Of a DNA stretch of 64,000 nucleotides, positions 1 through 15,200 are shown one piece after another (positions within the stretch are counted from its first letter, which is position 1; the number at the start of each line of letters is the position of its first letter). The notes under the pieces were generated by a model, which was not told where the DNA came from, did no database searches, and was given only the letters and a program-made list of their open reading frames with translations. The stretch comes from the human T2T-CHM13v2.0 reference genome, Homo sapiens. Where the stretch lies: NCBI RefSeq assembly GCF_009914755.1, contig NC_060940.1; one strand, written 5' to 3'. The translations under genes and the position numbers were made by a program.

Positions 1-169
1 GAGTCCATACGATGATTCCACTCAATTCCATATGATGATGATTCCATTTGATTCCATTCGGTGATTCCATTCTATTCTATTCAATGGTGATTCCATTCGA
101 GTACATTAGATGATTCCATTCGATTCCATTCAATGATGATTCTATTTGTGTCCCTTAGATGATTCCACA

Positions 170-3100
170 TGATTCCATTAGATGATGATACTATTTGAGC
201 CCATCCAATGATTCCCTTCGATTCCATTCGATGAGGATTCCATTCGATTCATTTCATTGGTGATTCTATTCAATTCAATTCTTTGATTCCATTCCATTCC
301 ATTCGACAATGATTCCATTCGATTTCTTTCGATGATTCCACTCGATTCCACTTGACATTGATTCCATTCGATTCCATTCAATGATTCCATTTGATTCCAG
401 TGGATGATGATTGCCATCGATTCCATTCGATCACTCCATTCTATTCCATTTGATGATGATTACATTCGATTCCATTTGATGATTCCATCTGATTCTATTC
501 GAGGATTCCATTTGATTCCATTCGATGATGATTCCATTCGAGTCCATTCGATGATTTCATTCGAGTACATCCAATGATTCCATTCGAGTCCATTAGATGA
601 TTCCATTTGATTCCATTTGAAAATGATTCTACTAGAGTCCATTCAATGACTCCATTCGAGTCCATTCAACAATTCCATTCGACTCCATTCGATGATTCCA
701 TTCGATTCCATTTGATGGTTCCATTCGAGTCCATTTAATCATTACAGTCGAGTCCATTTGGTGATTCCACTGGATTTCTTTTGATAATGATACCATTCAA
801 TTACATTTGATGATGATCCCATTCAATTTCATTTGATGATGATTCCATTAGAGTCCATTCGATGATTTCATTCGAGTCCCTTCATTGATTCCATCCGATT
901 TCATTGGATGATGACTCCATTCGAGTCCATTCGATGATTCCACTCGATTCCATTAGATGACTCCATTGGAGTCCATTTGATTGTTCCATTCGATTCCATT
1001 CGATTCCTTTCGAAGATTATTCCATTTGAGTCCATTCGATGATGATTCCATTCCATTCCATTCGATGATTCCGTTTGATTCCATTCGATGATTCCCTTCG
1101 ATTCCTTTCTTTGATGATTCCATTCCATTCCATTCAATGATTCCATTCGAATCTATTCCATGATGATTCCTTTCGATTCCATTCGCTGATGTTTCCGTTC
1201 AATTCCATTCGATGATGATTCCATTCGATTCCATTCATTGAGGATTCCATTTGATTCCATTCAATGATGATTCCATTCTATTCCATTCAATGATTGCATT
1301 CAATTCCATTCAATGATTATCCCATTAGAGTAAACTCAACGATTCCATTCAATACCATTCGATGATGATTCCTTTTGAGTCCATTCAATGATTTCATTCA
1401 AGTCCATTTGATGATTCCTTTCAATTCCATTCTATGATGATTCCATTCGAGTCCATTCGATGATTCCATTCGATTGCATTCGATGATTCCATTATATTCC
1501 ATTCAACGGTGATTCCATTCGAGTCCATTCCATGATTCCATTAGAGTACATTTAATGATTGCTTTGTTTTCAATTCGAAGATGATTACATTGGATTCCAT
1601 TCTATGATACCATTCGATTCCATTCAATGATGATTCCACTCAAATCCATTGGATGATTCCATTCGTGTCCATTCGGTGATTTCATTAGATTCCATTCGAG
1701 GATGATTCCATTCGATTCCATTCGATGATTCCATTCAATTCCATTCGATGATGATTCCATTCCATTCCATATGATCATTCCATTTGATTTCATTCGATGA
1801 TGATTCCATTCGATTCCATTCGACGATTCCATTCTATTCCATTCGATGATGATTCCATTCGAGTCCATTCGATGATTCCATTCGAGTCCATTTAATGATT
1901 CCATTGGGTTCAATTCAATGATGATTACATTGGATTCCGTTCTATGATTCCATTCAATTCCGTTCATTGACAATTTGATTCCATTCGATGATGATTCCAT
2001 TTGAGTTCATTCGATGATTCTATTCGATTCTCTTCGATGGTGATTCAATTCTATTATATTGGATGATTCCATTCGATTCCATTTGATGTTGATTCAATTC
2101 GATTCTATTCGATGATGATTCCATTGGATTTCACTTGATGATTCTATTCGATTCCATTCAATGATGATTCACTTCTCGTCCATTGGATGATTCCATTTCA
2201 TTCCATTCGATGATGATTCCATTCGATTCCATTCGATGATTCCATTTCATTCCATGCGACGGTGAGCAATTCGATTCAATTCCATGATGATTCTATTTGA
2301 TTCAATTAGATGATGTTTCCATTCGAATCCATTCCATGATTATTCCATTGGAATCCATTCGGCGATGATTCCATATGAGTCAATTCAATGATGATTCCAT
2401 ATGGGTCCGTTCGATGATAATTCCATTTGATTTCATTCGATGCTTCTATTCTATTCCAGTCGATGATGATTCCGTTGGAGTCCATACGATGATTCCATTT
2501 GATTTCATTTGATGATGATTCCATTCGATGATGATTACATTGGATTCCATTCTATGATTCCATTCAATTCCATTCGTTGATGATTCGATTCCATTCAATG
2601 ATGATTCCATTTGAGTTCATTCGATGATTCTATTCGATTCCGTTCGATGGTGATTCAATTCCATTATATTGGATGATTCCACTCGATTCCATTTGATGAT
2701 TATTCCATTGGAGTCCACTTAGTGAATCCTTTAGATTCTACTCGACGATGATTCCATTCGAGTCCATTCGATGATACCATTCAATTCCATTCGTTGATGC
2801 TTCCATTCAAGTGCATTCGATGATATCATTCGATTCCATTTGATGATAATTCCATTTGATTCCATGCGATGATTCTATTCGATTCCATTCAATGATAATT
2901 CCATTCAATTCAGTGATTCCTCTGGACTCCATTTGATGATGATTCCATTCAATGATTCCATTCGATTCTATTCGAAAATGATTCCATTTGAATCCATTTG
3001 ATGATGATTCCATTAGATTCCATTTGATGATTCCATTCGATTCCATTCGACGATGATTCCATTCGATTCCGTTTGATGATTCCATTCTATTCTATTCGAT

Positions 3101-6063
3101 GATGATTCCATTCGATTCCATTCGATGATGATTGGATTCGATTCCATTTGATGATTTCATTTGATTCCATTCGTTAATGATTTCGATCAATTCCATTCGA
3201 TGATTCCATTCGATTCCATTCGATAATGATTACATCCGAGTCCATTCGATGATTCCCTTTGAGCCTGTTCGATAATTCCATTTGAGTCCAACCAATGATT
3301 CCATTCATTTCCATTCAATGATTCCATTCGAGTCCATTTGATCATTCCGGTAGGGTCCATTCGATGTTGATTCCATTGGAGTGCATTCGATGATTCCATT
3401 CGAGTCCATTTTAGGATTTGATTCGAGTCCTTTCGATGATTCCATTCGATTCCACTCGATGATGATTTCATTCGAGTCCATTCGACACTTCCAATCGATT
3501 CCATTTGATGATTCCATTCGAGTCCAATTGATGATTCCATTCAATTCCATTCGATGATGATTCCGTACGATTCCATTCTGTGATGATTCCATGTGATTGC
3601 ATTCAATGATGATTCCTTTCGATTGCATTCGATTATGATTCATTTCGTGTTCATTCTATGGTTCCACAGGTTTCCATTCGTGTCCATTCCATTATTCCAT
3701 TCTATTCCATTTGAAGATGATTCCATTCGATTCCATTCATTGGTGATTCCACTCAATTCCATTCAATGATTCCATTCCATTTCTTTCAACAATGATTCCA
3801 TTAGTTTCTAATCGATGATCCACTTGATTCCATTTGACGACGATTCCATTCTTGTCCATTCGATGATTCCATTTGATTCCATATGATGATGATTCCATTC
3901 GATTCCATACCATGATGATTCCATTCGAGTCCATTCAATGGTGATTCCATTCAATTCCATTCGATGATTCCTTTCGATTCCATTCGATGATGATGGCATT
4001 CGATTCCTTTCAATCATTCCCTTTGATTCCATTCCAAGGTGATTTCATTCAAGTCCATTCGATAATTGCATTCGATTCCATTCTATGATGATTCCATTCG
4101 AGTCCATTTGATGATTCCATTCAATTCAAGTCAATGATGATTCCATTCGATTCCATTCGATGATTCCATTGGATTCCATTCGATGATGATTCCATTCAAA
4201 TCCATTCGATAATTCAATTCAAGTCCATTCGATGATGATTCCAATCGAATCCATTCAAAGATTCCATTCAGTTCCATTCGATGATTCCCTTAGATTCCAT
4301 TCGATGATTCCACTTGATTGCATTTACGATGATTCCATTCGATTCCATGTGATGATTCCATTCAATTCTATTCAATGATGTCTCCATTTGATTCCATTCG
4401 ACCATGATTGCCTTTGATTCCATTCAATGATTCCATTCGGTTCCGTTTGATGATGATTCCGTTCGATTCCATTTGATGATTCCATTTGATTCCATTGGAT
4501 GAGTCCATTCGATTACATTCGATGATTATTCCATTCGAGTGCATTAGATGATTCCATTCGAGTCCATTCGATGATTCCATTCGATTCCATTCGATGTTGA
4601 TTCTGTTCAAATCCATTCGATGATTCCACTCGATTCCATTCGTTGACTCCATTTGATCCCATTCGATGATTTCCTTTGATTCCCTTTGATGATCATTCCA
4701 TTTGATTCAATTCGGTGATTTCATTTGATTCCATTCAGTGATGTTTCCATTCGACTCCATTCGATGATGATTCCATTCGACTCCATTCGATTATGATTTC
4801 ATTCAATTCCATTCGATAATGATTCCCTTCGAGTCCATTCGATGATTCCATTCGATTCCATTCAACGATGATTTGATTCGTGTCCATTCGATGATTCCAT
4901 TTGATTCCACTTGATGATGATTCCATTCGAGTCCATTTGATGATTCCATTCAATTCCATACTCCGATGATTTCTTTTGAGCCCACTCAATGCTTCCACTC
5001 GATTCCATATGATGATGACTCCATTCGATGAAATTCGATGATGATTCCATTCGCTTGCTTTCGATGATGATTCCACTTGAGTCCGTTAGAAGATTCTATT
5101 CAATTACATTCCATGACGATTCCGTTCGAGTCCATTTGATGATTCCATTAGACTCCATTCGACGATGATTCCATTCGATGTTATTCGATGATTCCATTCG
5201 ATCTCATTCGATGATGATTCCATTCAACTCCATTCGATGTTTCCATTCGAGTTCATTCTATTATTCCATTAGATTCCATTCGATGATGATTCCATTCGAT
5301 TCCATTTGATGATTGCATTCTATTTCATTTGATGATGATTCCATTCGAGTCCACTCGATGATTCCATTCGAGTCCATTTAATGAATCCATTGGTTTCAAT
5401 TCTATGATGATTACATTGGATTCCATTCGTTGATGATTTCATTCGGTTCCATTCAATGATGATTCCATTCAATTCCTTACAATGTTTCCATTCAATTCCA
5501 TACGATGATGATTCCATTTGATTTGATTCGACAGTGAGCCATTCGATTCAATTCCATGATGATTCTATTTGATTCAATTGGTTGACATTTCCATTCGATT
5601 CCATTCGATGATGATTCCCTTTGATTCCGTTCCAAGATGATTCCATTCTAGCCCATTCAATCATTCCATTCGATTCTATTCAATGATGATTCCATTCATG
5701 TCGATTTGGTGATTCCATTTGACTTCATTTGATGATGATTCCTTTCAAGTTCATTAGATGATTCCATTCGATTCCATTTGATGATGATCCCATTCGAGTC
5801 CATTCAGTGATTCCATTCGTTTCCATTCCATGATGATTCCATTCCTTTCCATTCAATGATTCCATTCGATTCCGTTTGATGATGATTTCATTCGAGTCCA
5901 TTTGATGATTCCATTTGATTCCATTCGATGATGATTCCATTCGAGTCCATTCGATGATTCTATTCGAATCCATTTGATGATTTCTTTTGATTATATTTGG
6001 TGATGATTCCATTGGAGTCCATTCAATGATTCCATTCTATTCCAATCGATGATGATTCCATTA
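170..6063 (-). promoter_or_regulatory. Candidate DUX4 binding motifs, TAATGGAATCA on the minus strand (at least 8 in unit 1, recurring in later units)
   Basis: TGATTCCATTA on + at 170, 840, 1484, 1533, 3005, 3793, 5140 and 6053. The reverse complement fits the DUX4 consensus TAAYBBAATCA. DUX4 binding and activation of HSATII is established at family level; occupancy here is not shown. Confidence 0.45.
1918..2698 (+). repeat. Internal ~171-bp direct repeat within the unit (1918-2088 and 2528-2698, offset 610 bp)
   Basis: Both copies carry the same run of non-consensus words in register: GATTACATTGG, TTTGAGTTCATTCGATGATTCTATTCG, GATGGTGATTCAATT, ATTATATTGG. Confidence 0.85.
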
Positions 6064-6112
6064 GAGTCCATTTAATGATTCCATTTGATTCCAGTCTCTG
6101 ATGATTACATTC

Positions 6113-9100
6113 GAGTCCATACGATGATTCCACTCAATTCCATATGATGATGATTCCATTTGATTCCATTCGGTGATTCCATTCTATTCTATTCAATGGT
6201 GATTCCATTCGAGTACATTAGATGATTCCATTCGATTCCATTCAATGATGATTCTATTTGTGTCCCTTAGATGATTCCACATGATTCCATTAGATGATGA
6301 TACTATTTGAGCCCATCCAATGATTCCCTTCGATTCCATTCGATGAGGATTCCATTCGATTCAATTCATTGGTGATTCTATTCAATTCAATTCTTTGATT
6401 CCATTCCATTCCATTCGACAATGATTCCATTCGATTTCTTTCGATGATTCCACTCGATTCCACTTGACATTGATTCCATTCGATTCCATTCAATGATTCC
6501 ATTTGATTCCAGTGGATGATGATTGCCATCGATTCCATTCGATCACTCCATTCTATTCCATTTGATGATGATTACATTCGATTCCATTTGATGATTCCAT
6601 CTGATTCTATTCGAGGATTCCATTTGATTCCATTCGATGATGATTCCATTCGAGTCCATTCGATGATTTCATTCGAGTACATCCAATGATTCCATTCGAG
6701 TCCATTAGATGATTCCATTTGATTCCATTTGAAAATGAATCTACTAGAGTCCATTCAATGACTCCATTCGAGTCCATTCAACAATTCCATTCGAGTCCAT
6801 TCGATGATTCCATTCGATTCCATTTGATGGTTCCATTCGAGTCCATTTAATCATTACAGTCGAGTCCATTTGGTGATTCCACTGGATTTCTTTTGATAAT
6901 GATACCATTCAATTACATTTGATGATGATCCCATTCAATTTCATTTGATGATGATTCCATTAGAGTCCATTCGATGATTTCATTCGAGTCCCTTCATTGA
7001 TTCCATCCGATTTCATTGGATGATGACTCCATTCGAGTCCATTCGATGATTCCACTCGATTCCATTAGATGACTCCATTGGAGTCCATTTGATTGTTCCA
7101 TTCGATTCCATTCGATTCCTTTCGAAGATTATTCCATTTGAGTCCATTCGATGATGATTCCATTCCATTCCATTCGATGATTCCGTTTGATTCCATTCGA
7201 TGATTCCCTTCGATTCCTTTCTTTGATGATTCCATTCCATTCCATTCAATGATTCCATTCGAATCTATTCCATGATGATTCCTTTCGATTCCATTCGCTG
7301 ATGTTTCCGTTCAATTCCATTCGATGATGATTCCATTCGATTCCATTCATTGAGGATTCCATTTGATTCCATTCAATGATGATTCCATTCTATTCCATTC
7401 AATGATTGCATTCAATTCCATTCAATGATTATCCCCTTAGAGTAAACTCAACGATTCCATTCAATACCATTCGATGATGATTCCTTTTGAGTCCATTCAA
7501 TGATTTCATTCAAGTCCATTTGATGATTCCTTTCAATTCCATTCTATGATGATTCCATTCGAGTCCATTCGATGATTCCATTCGATTGCATTCGATGATT
7601 CCATTATATTCCATTCAACGGTGATTCCATTCGAGTCCATTCCATGATTCCATTAGAGTACATTTAATGATTGCTTTGTTTTCAATTCGAAGATGATTAC
7701 ATTGGATTCCATTCTATGATACCATTCGATTCCATTCAATGATGATTCCACTCAAATCCATTGGATGATTCCATTCGTGTCCATTCGGTGATTTCATTAG
7801 ATTCCATTCGAGGATGATTCCATTCGATTCCATTCGATGATTCCATTCAATTCCATTCGATGATGATTCCATTCCAGTCCATATGATCATTCCATTTGAT
7901 TTCATTCGATGATGATTCCATTCGATTCCATTCGACGATTCCATTCTATTCCATTCGATGATGATTCCATTCGAGTCCATTCGATGATTCCATTCGAGTC
8001 CATTTAATGATTCCATTGGGTTCAATTCAATGATGATTACATTGGATTCCGTTCTATGATTCCATTCAATTCCGTTCATTGACAATTTGATTCCATTCGA
8101 TGATGATTCCATTTGAGTTCATTCGATGATTCTATTCGATTCTCTTCGATGGTGATTCAATTCTATTATATTGGATGATTCCATTCGATTCCATTTGATG
8201 TTGATTCAATTCGATTCTATTCGATGATGATTCCATTGGATTTCACTTGATGATTCTATTCGATTCCATTCAATGATGATTCACTTCTCGTCCATTGGAT
8301 GATTCCATTTCATTCCATTCGATGATGATTCCATTCGATTCCATTCGATGATTCCATTTGATTCCATGCGACGGTGAGCAATTCGATTCAATTCCATGAT
8401 GATTCTATTTGATTCAATTAGATGATGTTTCCATTCGAATCCATTCCATGATTATTCCATTGGAATCCATTCGGCGATGATTCCATATGAGTCAATTCAA
8501 TGATGATTCCATATGGGTCCGTTCGATGATAATTCCATTTGATTTCATTCGATGCTTCTATTCTATTCCAGTCGATGATGATTCCGTTGGAGTCCATACG
8601 ATGATTCCATTTGATTTCATTTGATGATGATTCCATTCGATGATGATTACATTGGATTCCATTCTATGATTCCATTCAATTCCATTCGTTGATGATTCGA
8701 TTCCATTCAATGATGATTCCATTTGAGTTCATTCGATGATTCTATTCGATTCCGTTCGATGGTGATTCAATTCTATTATATTGGATGATTCCACTCGATT
8801 CCATTTGATGATTATTCCATTGGAGTCCACTTAGTTCATCCTTTAGATTCTACTCGACGATGATTCCATTCGAGTCCATTCGATGATACCATTCAATTCC
8901 ATTCGTTGATGCTTCCATTCAAGTGCATTCGATGATATCATTCGATTCCATTTGATGATAATTCCATTTGATTCCATGCGATGATTCTATTCGATTCCAT
9001 TCAATGATAATTCCATTCAATTCAGTGATTCCTCTGGACTCCATTTGATGATGATTCCATTCAATGATTCCATTCGATTCTATTCGAAAATGATTCCATT

Positions 9101-12100
9101 TGAATCCATTTGATGATGATTCCATTAGATTCCATTTGATGATTCCATTCGATTCCATTCGACGATGATTCCATTCGATTCCGTTTGATGATTCCATTCT
9201 ATTCTATTCGATGATGATTCCATTCGATTCCATTCGATGATGATTGGATTCGATTCCATTTGATGATTTCATTTGATTCCATTCGTTAATGATTTCGATC
9301 AATTCCATTCGATGATTCCATTCGATTCCATTCGATAATGATTACATCCGAGTCCATTCGATGATTCCCTTTGAGCCTGTTCGATAATTCCATTTGAGTC
9401 CAACCAATGATTCCATTCATTTCCATTCAATGATTCCATTCGAGTCCATTTGATCATTCCGGTAGGGTCCATTCGATGTTGATTCCATTGGAGTGCATTC
9501 GATGATTCCATTCGAGTCCATTTTAGGATTTGATTCGAGTCCTTTCGATGATTCCATTCGATTCCACTCGATGATGATTTCATTCGAGTCCATTCGACAC
9601 TTCCAATCGATTCCATTTGATGATTCCATTCGAGTCCAATTGATGATTCCATTCAATTCCATTCGATGATGATTCCGTACGATTCCATTCTGTGATGATT
9701 CCATGTGATTGCATTCAATGATGATTCCTTTCGATTGCATTCGATTATGATTCATTTCGTGTTCATTCTATGGTTCCACAGGTTTCCATTCGTGTCCATT
9801 CCATTATTCCATTCTATTCCATTTGATGATGATTCCATTCGATTCCATTCATTGGTGATTCCACTCAATTCCATTCAATGATTCCATTCCATTTCTTTCA
9901 ACAATGATTCCATTAGTTTCTAATCGAGGATCCACTTGATTCCATTTGACGACGATTCCATTCTTGTCCATTCGATGATTCCATTTGATTCCATATGATG
10001 ATGATTCCATTCGATTCCATACCATGATGATTCCATTCGAGTCCATTCAATGGTGATTCCATTCAATTCCATTCGATGATTCCTTTTGATTCCATTCGAT
10101 GATGATGGCATTCGATTCCTTTCAATCATTCCCTTTGATTCCATTCAAAGGTGATTTCATTCAAGTCCATTCGATAATTGCATTCGATTCCATTCTATGA
10201 TGATTCCATTCGAGTCCATTTGATGATTCCATTCAATTCAAGTCAATGATGATTCCATTCGATTCCATTCGATGATTCCATTGGATTCCATTCGATGATG
10301 ATTCCATTCAAATCCATTCGATAATTCAATTCAAGTCCATTCGATGATGATTCCAATCGAATCCATTCAAAGATTCCATTCAGTTCCATTCGATGATTCC
10401 CTTAGATTCCATTCGATGATTCCACTTGATTGCATTTACGATGATTCCATTCGATTCCATGTGATGATTCCATTCAATTCTATTCAATGATGTCTCCATT
10501 TGATTCCATTCGACCATGATTGCCTTTGATTCCATTCAGTGATTCCATTCGGTTCCGTTTGATGATGATTCCGTTCGATTCCATTTGATGATTCCATTTG
10601 ATTCCATTGGATGAGTCCATTCGATTACATTCGATGATTATTCCATTCGAGTGCATTAGATGATTCCATTCGAGTCCATTCGATGATTCCATTCGATTCC
10701 ATTCGATGTTGATTCTGTTCAAATCCATTCGATGATTCCACTCGATTCCATTCGTTGACTCCATTTGATCCCATTCGATGATTTCCTTTGATTCCCTTTG
10801 ATGATCATTCCATTTGATTCAATTCGGTGATTTCATTTGATTCCATTCAGTGATGTTTCCATTCGACTCCATTCGATGATGATTCCATTCGACTCCATTC
10901 GATTATGATTTCATTCAATTCCATTCGATAATGATTCCCTTCGAGTCCATTCGATGATTCCATTCGATTCCATTCAACGATGATTTGATTCGTGTCCATT
11001 CGATGATTCCATTTGATTCCACTTGATGATGATTCCATTCGAGTCCATTTGATGATTCCATTCAATTCCATACTCCGATGATTTCTTTTGAGCCCACTCA
11101 ATGCTTCCACTCGATTCCATATGATGATGACTCCATTCGATGAAATTCGATGATGATTCCATTCGCTTGCTTTCGATGATGATTCCACTTGAGTCCGTTA
11201 GAAGATTCTATTCAATTACATTCCATGACGATTCCGTTCGAGTCCATTTGATGATTCCATTAGACTCCATTCGACGATGATTCCATTCGATGTTATTCGA
11301 TGATTCCATTCGATCTCATTCGATGATGATTCCATTCAACTCCATTCGATGTTTCCATTCGAGTTCATTCTATTATTCCATTAGATTCCATTCGATGATG
11401 ATTCCATTCGATTCCATTTGATGATTGCATTCTATTTCATTTGATGATGATTCCATTCGAGTCCACTCGATGATTCCATTCGAGTCCATTTAATGAATCC
11501 ATTGGTTTCAATTCTATGATGATTACATTGGATTCCATTCGTTGATGATTTCATTCGGTTCCATTCAATGATGATTCCATTCAATTCCTTACAATGTTTC
11601 CATTCAATTCCATACGATGATGATTCCATTTGATTTGATTCGACAGTGAGCCATTCGATTCAATTCCATGATGATTCTATTTGATTCAATTGGTTGACAT
11701 TTCCATTCGATTCCATTCGATGATGATTCCCTTTGATTCCGTTCCAAGATGATTCCATTCTAGCCCATTCAATCATTCCATTCGATTCTATTCAATGATG
11801 ATTCCATTCATGTCGATTTGGTGATTCCATTTGACTTCATTTGATGATGATTCCTTTCAAGTTCATTAGATGATTCCATTCGATTCCATTTGATGATGAT
11901 CCCATTCGAGTCCATTCAGTGATTCCATTCGTTTCCATTCCATGATGATTCCATTCCTTTCCATTCAATGATTCCATTCGATTCCGTTTGATGATGATTT
12001 CATTCGAGTCCATTTGATGATTCCATTTGATTCCATTCGATGATGATTCCATTCGAGTCCATTCGATGATTCTATTCGAATCCATTTGATGATTTCTTTT

Positions 12101-12224
12101 GATTATATTTGGTGATGATTCCATTGGAGTCCATTCAATGATTCCATTCTATTCCAATCGATGATGATTCCATTAGAGTCCATTTAATGATTCCATTTGA
12201 TTCCAGTCTCTGATGATTACATTC
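6113..12224 (+). repeat. Higher-order unit 2 (6112 bp, subtype A)
   Basis: Anchor at 6113; ORFs offset by exactly 6112 from unit 1. Confidence 0.95.
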
Positions 12225-15200
12225 GAGTCCATACGATGATTCCACTCAATTCCATATGATGATGATTCCATTTGATTCCATTCGGTGATTCCATTCTATT
12301 CTATTCAATGGTGATTCCATTCGAGTACATTAGATGATTCCATTCGATTCCATTCAATGATGATTCTATTTGTGTCCCTTAGATGATTCCACATGATTCC
12401 ATTAGATGATGATACTATTTGAGCCCATCCAATGATTCCCTTCGATTCCATTCGATGAGGATTCCATTCGATTCAATTCATTGGTGATTCTATTCAATTC
12501 AATTCTTTGATTCCATTCCATTCCATTCGACAATGATTCCATTCGATTTCTTTCGATGATTCCACTCGATTCCACTTGACATTGATTCCATTCGATTCCA
12601 TTCAATGATTCCATTTGATTCCAGTGGATGATGATTGCCATCGATTCCATTCGATCACTCCATTCTATTCCATTTGATGATGATTACATTCGATTCCATT
12701 TGATGATTCCATCTGATTCTATTCGAGGATTCCATTTGATTCCATTCGATGATGATTCCATTCGAGTCCATTCGATGATTTCATTCGAGTACATCCAATG
12801 ATTCCATTCGAGTCCATTAGATGATTCCATTTGATTCCATTTGAAAATGAATCTACTAGAGTCCATTCAATGACTCCATTCGAGTCCATTCAACAATTCC
12901 ATTCGAGTCCATTCGATGATTCCATTCGATTCCATTTGATGGTTCCATTCGAGTCCATTTAATCATTACAGTCGAGTCCATTTGGTGATTCCACTGGATT
13001 TCTTTTGATAATGATACCATTCAATTACATTTGATGATGATCCCATTCAATTTCATTTGATGATGATTCCATTAGAGTCCATTCGATGATTTCATTCGAG
13101 TCCCTTCATTGATTCCATCCGATTTCATTGGATGATGACTCCATTCGAGTCCATTCGATGATTCCACTCGATTCCATTAGATGACTCCATTGGAGTCCAT
13201 TTGATTGTTCCATTCGATTCCATTCGATTCCTTTCGAAGATTATTCCATTTGAGTCCATTCGATGATGATTCCATTCCATTCCATTCGATGATTCCGTTT
13301 GATTCCATTCGATGATTCCCTTCGATTCCTTTCTTTGATGATTCCATTCCATTCCATTCAATGATTCCATTCGAATCTATTCCATGATGATTCCTTTCGA
13401 TTCCATTCGCTGATGTTTCCGTTCAATTCCATTCGATGATGATTCCATTCGATTCCATTCATTGAGGATTCCATTTGATTCCATTCAATGATGATTCCAT
13501 TCTATTCCATTCAATGATTGCATTCAATTCCATTCAATGATTATCCCCTTAGAGTAAACTCAACGATTCCATTCAATACCATTCGATGATGATTCCTTTT
13601 GAGTCCATTCAATGATTTCATTCAAGTCCATTTGATGATTCCTTTCAATTCCATTCTATGATGATTCCATTCGAGTCCATTCGATGATTCCATTCGATTG
13701 CATTCGATGATTCCATTATATTCCATTCAACGGTGATTCCATTCGAGTCCATTCCATGATTCCATTAGAGTACATTTAATGATTGCTTTGTTTTCAATTC
13801 GAAGATGATTACATTGGATTCCATTCTATGATACCATTCGATTCCATTCAATGATGATTCCACTCAAATCCATTGGATGATTCCATTCGTGTCCATTCGG
13901 TGATTTCATTAGATTCCATTCGAGGATGATTCCATTCGATTCCATTCGATGATTCCATTCAATTCCATTCGATGATGATTCCATTCCAGTCCATATGATC
14001 ATTCCATTTGATTTCATTCGATGATGATTCCATTCGATTCCATTCGACGATTCCATTCTATTCCATTCGATGATGATTCCATTCGAGTCCATTCGATGAT
14101 TCCATTCGAGTCCATTTAATGATTCCATTGGGTTCAATTCAATGATGATTACATTGGATTCCGTTCTATGATTCCATTCAATTCCGTTCATTGACAATTT
14201 GATTCCATTCGATGATGATTCCATTTGAGTTCATTCGATGATTCTATTCGATTCTCTTCGATGGTGATTCAATTCTATTATATTGGATGATTCCATTCGA
14301 TTCCATTTGATGTTGATTCAATTCGATTCTATTCGATGATGATTCCATTGGATTTCACTTGATGATTCTATTCGATTCCATTCAATGATGATTCACTTCT
14401 CGTCCATTGGATGATTCCATTTCATTCCATTCGATGATGATTCCATTCGATTCCATTCGATGATTCCATTTGATTCCATGCGACGGTGAGCAATTCGATT
14501 CAATTCCATGATGATTCTATTTGATTCAATTAGATGATGTTTCCATTCGAATCCATTCCATGATTATTCCATTGGAATCCATTCGGCGATGATTCCATAT
14601 GAGTCAATTCAATGATGATTCCATATGGGTCCGTTCGATGATAATTCCATTTGATTTCATTCGATGCTTCTATTCTATTCCAGTCGATGATGATTCCGTT
14701 GGAGTCCATACGATGATTCCATTTGATTTCATTTGATGATGATTCCATTCGATGATGATTACATTGGATTCCATTCTATGATTCCATTCAATTCCATTCG
14801 TTGATGATTCGATTCCATTCAATGATGATTCCATTTGAGTTCATTCGATGATTCTATTCGATTCCGTTCGATGGTGATTCAATTCTATTATATTGGATGA
14901 TTCCACTCGATTCCATTTGATGATTATTCCATTGGAGTCCACTTAGTTCATCCTTTAGATTCTACTCGACGATGATTCCATTCGAGTCCATTCGATGATA
15001 CCATTCAATTCCATTCGTTGATGCTTCCATTCAAGTGCATTCGATGATATCATTCGATTCCATTTGATGATAATTCCATTTGATTCCATGCGATGATTCT
15101 ATTCGATTCCATTCAATGATAATTCCATTCAATTCAGTGATTCCTCTGGACTCCATTTGATGATGATTCCATTCAATGATTCCATTCGATTCTATTCGAA

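Larger units (their letters stand above)
1..6112 (+). repeat. Higher-order unit 1 (6112 bp, subtype A)
   Basis: The anchor GAGTCCATACGATGATTCCACTCAATTCCATAT at 1 recurs at 6113. Landmarks recur at +6112, e.g. CCGGTAGGGTCC ~3347, CGTACG 3564, GGTTCCACAGG ~3660. ORF starts are 178 and 6290. Confidence 0.95.

Noticed and set aside
2199-2248. Unit-1 private C at 2248 matching CCATTTCATTCC exactly 49 bp upstream (possible 49-bp-offset conversion)
   Set aside because: It is a single base and cannot be distinguished from a point mutation or sequencing error.
1918-2698. The 610-bp offset being about one tenth of 6112, suggesting a 10-mer structure
   Set aside because: The rare marker words do not recur at other multiples of ~611 bp within the unit.
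3340-3680. Non-consensus islands such as CCGGTAGGGTCC and GGTTCCACAGGTTTCC as possible foreign inserts or regulatory sites
   Set aside because: They stay in monomer register and are explained by accumulated substitutions, and they are too short to assign a function. They are useful only as landmarks.
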